A stretch of 64,000 bases of DNA from Guillardia theta CCMP2712 (lineage: Eukaryota > Protista > Cryptophyta), in contig NW_005434590.1 in assembly GCF_000315625.1 (NCBI RefSeq), forward strand, positions 293,793-357,792, given 5' to 3'. Of this stretch, positions 54,381 through 64,000 are shown piece by piece. Position 1 is the stretch's first letter; each line of letters opens with the position of its first letter. The translations under genes and the position numbers were made by a program. The notes beneath the pieces were generated by a model. That model ran no database searches. It saw nothing but the letters and a program-made list of their open reading frames with translations, and was not told where the DNA came from.

Positions 54381-55179
54381 TCAAGGATAAGAGCCAGCTA
54401 GATCTTGGCTTTGATTGTGCTTGCCTCCTGTTCTAGCGTGCTCACTGTCCTCCGTCGTCTCCTGCAGCTCCTCCGTTGCTGAGGGCTCGTGACTGGAGCC
54501 AACAAACCAGCGGATGAAGTCAGAGGAGAAGGGAGGAAGATCTTCGACTGATGAGGAATGTGTTTCCTTTCTCCCACTCTCCTGCTTTACCGTTGGTCCT
54601 CCTCCTCCCGGCAATTGAAGAGGGTTCAACAACGTTGCGTACGTCAGCTGCCCGTCCCGTAGCCTTGTTGCATCATCCTTGACGTACTGGTGCGTCGGGT
54701 TGGCTGGCCAGCTAGAGGCGCAGACTTGAGCATAATTCTGCGGCAGGAGAGAGGGCATCTGTGGCTGAGGCAGGTAAGAGGTTCTGTCGAACATGACCGT
54801 CGTCGGCAGCATCGAGTTGCTTCCTGACGACCTCGAAGCGCTGAGCGAGGCAGGGGAGGTGGCAGCAGGGGAGGACGGAGCTGCCTCAGTATCCTGGGAC
54901 TCGCTTGGATCATCCATGGGCTTCTTCTTGTACGGCCACTCCGTGATGCCCAACCTCCTGCACGCATTCTTCAACGCAGTCACCGAGATGCCCTAGTGCA
55001 ATGGCACGAGTCAGTCAAGAGCTTTCAGGGCCCAGGAGGCTCCTCACCAGCTGATTGGCTGCGTCAGGTTGACGGAGGTGAAACAAGCTTGACACGTCGG
55101 ACTCTGATAGGAACACGGGCTTTGACCGAACCTCCTCCCCTTGCTTCCTCCGTGGGAAAATTTGAACCCTCGGATACAT
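54381..55179 (-). CDS. RWP-RK domain transcription factor, two exons (55179-55048; 54992-54381)
   Basis: Spliced via a 55-bp GT..AG intron: MYPRVQIFPRRKQG...LFHLRQPDAANQL|GISVTALKNACRRLGITEWPYKK. Confidence 0.88.
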
Positions 55180-56399
55180 GGGGGAGTAGAGGAAGAGAGA
55201 GAGAGAGAGGCTGAGAGTATATACAAGACTGAACTAGAATAACAAAAAGACTTTTTGATGTGAGAGTAGATTCTCAAAGTAGACCACAAAACTGAGAAGA
55301 AGGATGCTGGAAGTTGTGGTTTCTTGACGCGTTTGACTGAATTCGGGCAGGCAAAAACAAAATCACAAACCTTTCTGTTGAGCAGGGAGCATGACAAGGT
55401 CCAAGGACTAGTTCATCCTAGGATGTTGATAGAGCTGCTCCTGCTGTTGCTCCCTCCCTCACTTTCCTCGCTCTCCCTCTCCTCCCCGCATCCACCGCTC
55501 TCGTCTCCTCGTTCGCCCGCACCCTGCCACATCACATTCTACCCCCCCACCTACAGTCTTCACCCTACCCTACTGACTTGTTCCCTGTATGGACCACCCA
55601 CCCTTTGTACTTGAAATACACCCTACCTCGATAAGGTTTATCAGTAAAGCATGATCTCCACCCCCATTAAGCTGACCACCTACCCCGTTTTCGCGGTACT
55701 GAATGAACGATCCCGAACGATGGTTACCTGCACCTACCCCGCTTACACCTTTAGAACACCACCCCTCCCGATACCCCCCTGGCATGATACGACCCCCTAC
55801 CCCCATTTCATCTGTATTTGACCCCAGGAAACATCTTAGAACCCTTTTGTGATTTAACTGAAGGGGGTAGTTTTGCAAGGGTACCCCCACCCCTACGACT
55901 GCTGAAATCTTGTAATTTCACTCCACGTCGATTCCCTGCGCCCCTCTTATTACGCTGTTTTAACACCACCCCACCCCACCTTGCTACACCTACCTGCATC
56001 AGCAAGATCGAAAAGGAAACATATCACAGTATATCATTATCTGAACCATCCTCTCTTGCACTTGTCACGGGTTGTTTGCTGACATGATAGATACAATTCG
56101 ATGCCGTTGAGAGCCGTTACTCGAGAAAGGGTCAGAAAAGCGCCTCTCTGTTGGGAATCTCTTGTCACGAGTCACGGGCCAGTTGGTGACACTCACGGCG
56201 GGGCGCTCGGAGGGTCAAAACTGAAAAACTCAGCCTGTGACTCAGTCCGAATCACACAGTGACAGTCACGTGACAGTGAGAAGCCCCGGGCCCTCAGCAG
56301 TGACGGTGGGCCTTGAAGGCCGCTGGCCGGGCAGTAGTGTTATTTTTGATAGTAACCGTTACTCAGCAGTAGCCTTCCGAGGCTCAGAGTCACCGCGGT

Positions 56400-56710
56400 C
56401 CGGCCAGTGGCGGGCCGTACGTACAGTACAGTACCGGCGTACGCCCGGGCCCGGTACGGTACGGTACCGTACCGTACGGTACCGCGTGGTGCCAAACCGT
56501 ACAGTGTACAGTGCAGGCTGATACAAGACCGTGCGGTCAGAGTACCGTACCGTGACGGCCGCCCGGCGGCGGCGACTCCCGTCTGGCCGGGCTTCTTGGC
56601 GCGCCGCCGCACTGGACTCAGCGGCTCGGACCGTCTGAGCCAGTGAGTTCCGGCCCGGGCCCGGTCCGGCGTGGCCGCCCGGCCGGCGGACGGTCCGACC
56701 GTGCGGACCG
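56400..56710. repeat. GC-rich GTAC/CGGCCG palindrome-rich low-complexity patch
   Basis: (CGTAC/GGTAC)n and CCGG clusters. Confidence 0.6.
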
Positions 56711-59427
56711 ATCATGAGTCAAGCCTTGTAGTACCCGGCCAGCCTGCCGTTCACAAACCCATATGCAGCCCCTAGCAAATCTGGTCTTTTTTTTTCTACT
56801 TTTTTTGGGGTTCACATGGGGTCCGTATATACACTTCCTGTTGACTACCCCCTGAGTCACCGATCAGAGGGGGGGTAGAGAGACTGGACATAAGCGGGGT
56901 GGGGTGATTTGAATTACTCTGGCGTGGAACCCTTCCCCCGCCTTGGTTTTAGAGGTACTGCAATTTTAGTTTTACCCATCACACACATGATAGTATAGAT
57001 TGTACTGTATGAAAACATATTGGTACAAAAGAGAGGTTTCATGGTACAGAAGTTCCCCCCTCCACCACCCTACCCCCTTTTTATCTCCTCACAGAGGATA
57101 TTTGAATCCACAGAGAAATCCCTCAATGCTCACTGTTATGAATACTCACTGTTATGCGCATCCACCAGTCATTTATGTCGCATGACGTTTCTTCCTCAAC
57201 AGCATCCCGTCACTGTGCGCCGGCTAGAGGAACGGGCTTCCTGGCAGTCTCCTCTCCATCAGGAGATTCTGTTCCTGGAGCCGCCCCGGGTGTTCGGCCT
57301 CTGCATACTAGAGCGGACAAGTACGTGCAGCCGGGGTGGGAGCTGGAGAACGCTATCAGGGATGCGACTAGGCTGGCACCAAGAGCTGAGGAGGCTAGTC
57401 GTCCTCTCAGTTCTACGCTGGCCATGGGATGAAGGCAGGAAGGGCCAAAGAAGACGACCTGATCCCCTGTGAGGTAGGGACGATGGAGACCGAGGAGGAG
57501 GTAGAGGACTACACTGTGACTCTCAGTCTGTTTCCTTGTTGTCATCGATGCCTGCAGATACCGGGAGGGTCTGCAGGAGACGGCCTTTCGCCGCCTGCTG
57601 TCTTTCGCCGCCTGCTGCTCCCGCAGCAGGCGGCGAAAGACGTCCTGCCTCGATCATTCAACTGCTGGTGCCTGACAGAGACAAACAGCTTCTTTGGGAG
57701 GAAGCTATTTCGGAATTGAAGAGAAGGAAGACGTCAAAGCACTTCCTTTCAAAATTAGGGGTGTTGCTTTCAAGTTAGTCAGATTAATCGGACAAGCGAG
57801 ACTGCTGCAGTCTTTCTATTTGCACAGCATGATGTCAGGGCATGTGGGCGATCAATTTGTACATTTCTACGAGAAATATGGCATTCAACTAGCCTGACTA
57901 TTGAACATGTCGTGCATCGAGCACCGACATCAACTTCAGGGAAGAGATGCATATCGAGCTGCTGCCATGATCGGGAACAGCTACATTGGACTCGGAGAAG
58001 AAGAAAACTGCTACTGCATCTAACGGGCAACTTGACCATGTGTGGGATATGCACTGTCCATGCGGTAGTCACTGATGGACCTTCACGCAATGCAGATGAC
58101 AAGAAGAAATTCAACAATTCGGTTCGAGCACACTTCACTTTGTTGTGGCAGCTCCTTCAAAGTAAATTAATGTCTGAGTAAAGTCGCGTTCAATCTGGAT
58201 GCCTCCAAATCTCTGTGTGAAACGTGCACAATCGTACCATTCTTTCGAACTTGTAAGAGATGCATGTGTATTGCGTCCTCTAATTTCGTTTCAAGGTGAC
58301 TGTCAGTGCGCCCTCGAAATATAACGAACCTGATCCAGGTTCTATCATGTAGGGTTCATCCTTGAAAGGCACAGGAAATGACAGGATTCTGTAAGAGTGA
58401 TGTACTGATGCTCCAACTGCACTGGCCTTTTCATCCGGGGTTTCAAGAAGGGCTTCCCTCGTCTGCGAAACCAGTTAATAGTATACTGCCGTAGTCCTAA
58501 TCTTGTGCAGATCGATGTTGAGACGGAAGAAATCAGTTTGTTTTCTAGTGTTAAAGAAGTTGACATTCTTCCTTTCCGATTTCGGATGATTCCACTTCGA
58601 AATTTCCCATTGACATCAGTAAACCTCACACCATGACATGGTACCAGATTGAATGACATGTCTAAACCTTCAACATGGTGTAGTAATTCAAAGTGCACAG
58701 AATGATCGAAGGCATTTGCTGCAAGGAACAACGGTGCCTCTTGGATGTATCTCATGCGAATGAAGAGGATCAACTTGTTCTCTTGCTCCAATCTCCTCCT
58801 TTTGGCAATACCGAGCGATGAGGCAGCCCTTGACGACGGTGGCCGCCCCGATTGCGCCGCCATTGTCCGTCAAGGCAAGGAGGATTGCAACTGGTACTGA
58901 AAGTAGTACCATAGGGTATGTGTTGGTACCGTACTGTAACTACCGTTAAAATAACTTGTAAAGAGGATTGTTGAAATAAACTAAAACAAATGGGTACTAT
59001 GAAGTGGGGCCTCTAACTCGTTTATCCGAGTCAAAATAGCACGCCTAGAAAAAAAAAAGACCCTACCGAAAAATTTAATTAAGTGCCAAATTAACGAAAG
59101 GCCTGAAAGTGAACGGCATGTACGATCTTGAAACTGATGAGCCTGGCAGTCACCGGCGGTCCGAGTGGCAAGCAACCCGGCGTAGATCCGCAACTTGCGG
59201 GGCAGTGAAAGAGAATTAGGAAAGGAATTAGCCCAACCTGTTCCCGAGTTGTGACCCACCACCCACCCTCACAATAACATCCAACTAAAGGGGAGAAAGT
59301 GGGTAGAGGGTAGTATTCACTGCAGGGGGTGGAATGAAGGATCGCAACGAGAGGAGGGAAGAGAAGGAGAACGAGAGGAAGGGAGAGGGAGAGGGAGAGG
59401 AAGGGAGTGGGGAGATGAAATGGTATG

Positions 59428-59770
59428 GTGAGATGAGATGAGATGAGACGAGGTGAGATGAGATGAGATGAGATGAGATGAGATGAGATGAGATGAGATG
59501 AGACGAGATGAGATGAGATGAGATGAGACGAGACGAGGTGAGATGGGATGGGATGAGATGAGATGAGATGAGATGAGATGAGATGGGATGGGAAGAGATG
59601 AGATGAGACGAGACGAGACGAGACGAGATGAGATGAGATGAGATGAGATGAGGTGAGATGGGATGGGATGAGATGAGACGAGATGAGGTGAGGTGAGAAG
59701 AGATGAGACGAGATGAGATGAGGTGAGATGGGATGAGATGAGATGAGATGAGATGAGATGAGATGAGATG
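59428..59770. repeat. (GAGAT)n pentanucleotide microsatellite
   Basis: Direct inspection. Confidence 0.97.
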
Positions 59771-61273
59771 CGATAAAGAAACGGATTGACCGATTAGGAA
59801 ACCGAATGGTGAAAACGATTGACTGATGAGGAAGAGCATAGTGATCCGAGCGCGATGGAGTAGTAAGTTGATGAGAGAAAAAGTAGTTTCGAGAGGCATC
59901 CATGAGGTTTGCAAGGTTTGCAGGGAACAGCTGAAACATCATAGAAATTGAATTGAAGCAGAGGAGAGGAGGAGTATTTTCAGAAGGTGCACTGCGAAAG
60001 GCAAAACTCGATGTGTTGCATAAGAGCATGCGAGGGGTTGTAAAGGACAGCAGCGATGGCGAGGAGAAATTATGGATATTTCATGTGTGTGTTTGTGTCT
60101 GATTGCAATCGCAGTGCATGGGATGCGGAGGCAACAAGGAGTCGAAACTTTTCTACGTGTCAGACAGGCAGCTGGTGTTGTGTTGTGCAAGTAGCAACGT
60201 GTAGCGACTCTGAGTTGGCAAGAAGGGGCAGTCCCAGTCGGAAGGGAGGAGGGGATAACAGCACTGCAAGTCAGCCATTGCGGTCAGGAATAGCCGGCGC
60301 AGTAGGGCATGCCATTGAACAAACGACTGAAGCGGGAGATACCTGCTGAATGGCAGGACTACTGTTTCCCATACAAGGTATCAATGCGCTTGATGGGCTG
60401 GTTTTGCATGTTTGACCTTGTTTGTTGTAGGCTCTGCAACGGAAAGCTGAGGAGCTTGTTGGAGAAGCAAACGTAGAGGTGCCGAGCTCAGTCTTATTCT
60501 GCAAAGAATGATGAAACATTTTTTCAGGATGAAGCTGTTTTGAAGAATCAAATCAATTGTGCAGTGGAATGTGCCAACACTTTCTACAAGCTGCAGTTGA
60601 TCAAGGTCTCGTTGTTCATGCTTGTTGTCTCAATGCAGTTTCGATGCCTCATCAACACTTGCACGTTGCTCCTTTCTATCATGATGGATTGTCTTGTCAG
60701 ATCTCGGAGGAGTTTTCCTCGTTGCGAGACACGATCGGCACACTCTACGATCTTCACAGTGATCTAGAGCTCAAGAAGTCGATCGAGATGCCAGTCAAGC
60801 ATCACGGTCTCATCTCGTCTCTTCTTCTTCTCCCCACCCTTCTATTCCCTTATCCTCTCCTGTCCTCCTATCCTCTCCACTCCACTCCTCTCCCCCCCCT
60901 CTCCCAACCCCTTGTCTACCCTGCCCTCTCCTGCCCTGCCCATTCCCTCCCCTGTCCACTCCTCTCCTCTTCTCTGCTGACCTCGAGCTTCAGTTGCGCA
61001 CAGCGACGTCTGTTGTGACGACTGTCATCCAACGAGGAGCGAGAAAGCCCGCGGAAAAGTCCTTGGAAGGGTACTAGCAGGAGAGGACTCAACTCGCCTG
61101 CTGCGATCAGTCTTTAACGCCTGGTATTGGGCCCCACATGAGAGGATGGAGTCGAGAAATACGCTGGGAGACTTCATAGGGTCATCGTACTTGTTCAAAG
61201 TGCAGGTCAGTTGACAAGCACGATTCTTGTGTGTTGGAGATGGATAAGGAGGAGGATGAAAATGTCATGGTTT

Positions 61274-61309
<36 letters not shown>

Positions 61310-61350
61310 TGTTGTTGTTGTTGTTGTGGTGGTGGTGGTGGTGGTGGTGA
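61274..61350. repeat. (GTT)n/(GGT)n microsatellite
   Basis: Direct inspection. Confidence 0.95.
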
Positions 61351-62073
61351 CGATTGTCATGATCTTGATGATTTTTAACCATCACGACATGTATTGTAAT
61401 CTAGACAAGGAAGAAAATGCCACTGAACATGGTGAATTCTTCATTGACTTTTTTTCGTTCTCAATCGGCAGGAGGGAGTTTTGAAGGGAGTGCTCGAGGT
61501 CTGTCTTGCCAACATGTTGCAATCTATCGACGTTTCATGCAGAGATGGTTGTGTTTGTTGTCGCAGATCGACTGTCTCCGATCCTTCTCTCTCCTCAACG
61601 CCATTGCGATCAAGAAGGTGAGGAGCAGGACAGGATGGGACGAGAGGGAAGGAGGAGGGAAGAGAAGAGAGTTCAGCGACGAGTGAGTAAGAGGGAGGAC
61701 AGCAAAAAAAGGAGAGGGGGGAAGGGGAAGAGAGCGGGAGGAGAGGGGAAGGAGGGGAGGGGAGGGAGGAGAGGGGAGGGAGGAAGGAAGGTAACAATGA
61801 GTTGAGGTTTGACGAGAGAATGTAGGTGCTTGAGCGACATTGCACTCAGAACATCAACGATATATGTTGCAACCTTAACGATTGTCAGATCATCGAGATG
61901 AAGGGACTTTCAGACGTGATCTGCCCTGATGTTCCTGCTGTGTGCGACTCTGACTGCTGATGTTGAAGATCATCGCAAACATGGAGCATCTCGTTGTTGA
62001 CCTCATTGTCTTGCTCGCTACAGACCTTGAGGTTCCTTCCTTAGCTCGCAACATGCCTGATGCTAGCATGACC

Positions 62074-62151
62074 TGCTGCTGCTGGTGTTGCTGATGTTGA
62101 TGTTGATGATGTTGATGTTGATGATGTTGATGATGTTGATGATGTTGATGT

Positions 62152-62189
<38 letters not shown>

Positions 62190-62265
62190 TTGTTGTTGAT
62201 GATGATGTTGATGATGATGATGATGTTGTTGATGTTGATGTTGATGTTGCTGTTGCTGCTGGTGT

Positions 62266-62301
<36 letters not shown>

Positions 62302-62308
62302 TGCTGCT
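62074..62308. repeat. (GAT/GTT/GCT)n compound microsatellite
   Basis: Direct inspection. Confidence 0.95.
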
Positions 62309-62354
62309 CTCCTCCTTCTCACCTCTCAGTATTTCCTCCTCACTGTCTTTGCAG

Positions 62355-62890
62355 GTCAAGCAAGCGCTCCCAGAAACCTGGACTCAAACGCTCTGCCCCT
62401 ACTGCAACCATGCTGTCCTCAACCCCATCCTCCTCCCCGGTGGCTGTGGAGGACGAAAAGCGTGTTGGCTCTGCCTGCTGCAGCGTTCCAACTGCTGCCT
62501 CGTCCCTTGTCCCCACACCTCAAGGTATGAAGCGAGCAGAAGGGGAAGAGGAAAGGGAGGGGGAAGGCGAGGAGCGAGAAAGAAGAGGGCAGGAGATGTG
62601 GAGTCTTGTTGGGAGGAGGAGGAGGAGGAGAGAAGGAGAGGAGAGGAGGAGGCAAACGAAGAAGGAGCAGGGAGGGGCTGGGAGTAGCAGGGAGGTGTGG
62701 CCGGAGGACGAGAGAACTATCTGTGCTGAATCTTGATCCAGCAAGGAGATTGACCTTCGACTTATCCACGTTGACGGGATGCTCGGGAATTTCCTCCAAT
62801 GTTTCTTTCCCAACGTTCTTGTTGCGCTGAAGATGAAAGAGAGGAAGGAGGAGGAGGAAAAGAAAGATGCGCATGATGCTCAAGGAGGTG
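62355..62890 (+). CDS. Exons of a host gene with a RING-like Cys cluster (gene model unresolved)
   Basis: After ttgcag: CPYC...PILLPGGCG...CWLCL...CPH, flanked by purine-rich intron-like DNA. Confidence 0.4.
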
Positions 62891-64000
62891 AGACAGAGGA
62901 AGCAGGGAGGAGGAGCAGGGAGGAGGAGCAGGGAGGAGGAGGGAGGAGGAGGAAAGGGAGTGGAGAGCACAGGAGCAGGAGGAGACGGAAAGCATGGAGG
63001 AGAAAAGTTGAGGGCAAGGGAGAGAAGAGAGGAAATGTAGGAGGGGACAGGAGAGGAGACAAGAGGAGAGTGGGGAGGGGAGGTGAAGGGGGGGGGATGC
63101 AAGACTCAAGAGAGGAGAGGGTGAACAGTAGGAGAAGAGGAAGGGGATTGTGAAACAGCAGGCGTGAGAGGAGGAGGAGGACAGGGGCAGGATGTCAGGA
63201 CATGTTGTGACGGAGTTAGCAGGGATCCTCTCGGTACTCCACTCGTTGTCTCATGCTCAGACGTCGCTCTCCTCCTCCTCCTCGCACGATCGTCTCCATG
63301 AGCACGAGCACCAGGTCAAGCGCAGCCACTCGAAGAACGCCCACCTGGACGAGCATCACTTCCGACAATCTCTGGTGAGAGAGGGGAGAGGAGAAGAGGG
63401 ATCTTGTTCTGGGATGTGGGAAGGAAGATGTTTGGACAACGATGGTGGTGGTGGTGGTGGTAGTAGTAGTGGTAGTGATGGTGATGGTGATGATGATAAT
63501 GATGGAGATGAGGATGAGGATGATGACGATGATGATGGTGGTGATCGTGATGGAGGTGATGATGATGGTTTAGAACAGTTTTCTTACAAGCCATGCAGGA
63601 TGATACAGTTGAGCATGTACTTGAGAGCATGAGCGAAGTTGCGCTCGAGATTTCAAACTTCAAGGTCCCTCGATGCTCCTCCTCCTCCTCCTCTGCCTTC
63701 TTTTCCCTCGCTCTCCTCCTCGCTCTCCCTCGCTCTACGCTCCTCCCTCCCTCCCTCCTCTCCTCCTCCCTGCTACTTCTCCCTCTCTTTTCATTCTCCT
63801 TTCGTCTTTGACTTCCCTTGCAGGGGAGATAGCTAGTGGCGAGCTGATAGAGCTTGAGATGGACATCGGGAAAGTCGGATGAAGAGAGGGAGAGAGCTAG
63901 GAGCAGGTGGGAAGGGAAGGGAAGGGACAAGACGGAGGAAGGAGGGACAGGAGCAGGGAGGGGGGGGAAGGAGGGTGGTGGGTTGAGGAGGAAGGGTTGG

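Noticed and set aside
59091-63930. Long low-complexity ORFs (SHLIS repeats, poly-M/L, poly-H, poly-S)
   Set aside because: Translations of microsatellites and purine-rich intron-like DNA.

Overview
Eukaryotic (protist, cryptophyte-like: RWP-RK gene with an IFPRRK motif, short introns, purine-rich low-complexity DNA) locus built almost entirely from nested mobile DNA. (1) 1-1690: 3' end of a Ty3/gypsy chromovirus. (2) 2982-29388: an AT-rich, ~26.4 kb endogenous Polinton-like virus (PLV). It encodes a tyrosine recombinase, a Prim-Pol/PriCT-2/SF3 helicase, a packaging ATPase, a frameshifted major capsid protein, a penton, two fibre-like proteins and a GIY-YIG nuclease. I found no pPolB, retroviral integrase or protease. 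Its ends are unusual: direct repeat - inverted repeat - core - inverted repeat - direct repeat. It inserted at a GC dinucleotide with no TSD, and the empty site is visible in six paralogous host units. Its recombinase is split by a non-autonomous copia-derived element with apparently identical LTRs. (3) Seven ~3.3 kb tandem units (six complete, one broken) each encode a Crinkler/RHS-type P-loop NTPase plus restriction-endonuclease-fold protein. The array's two outer ends fall at the same point of the unit and are flanked by TCTCTC, so the unit appears to behave as a discrete, tandemly amplifying mobile element. A ~36 kb inversion (about 1909-38338) appears to have broken both this array and a Crypton remnant. 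(4) 52.6-64 kb: a degenerate Fanzor-like gene, an RWP-RK transcription factor, microsatellites and a poorly resolved RING-like host gene. All family assignments come from motif recognition by eye; no searches were run.
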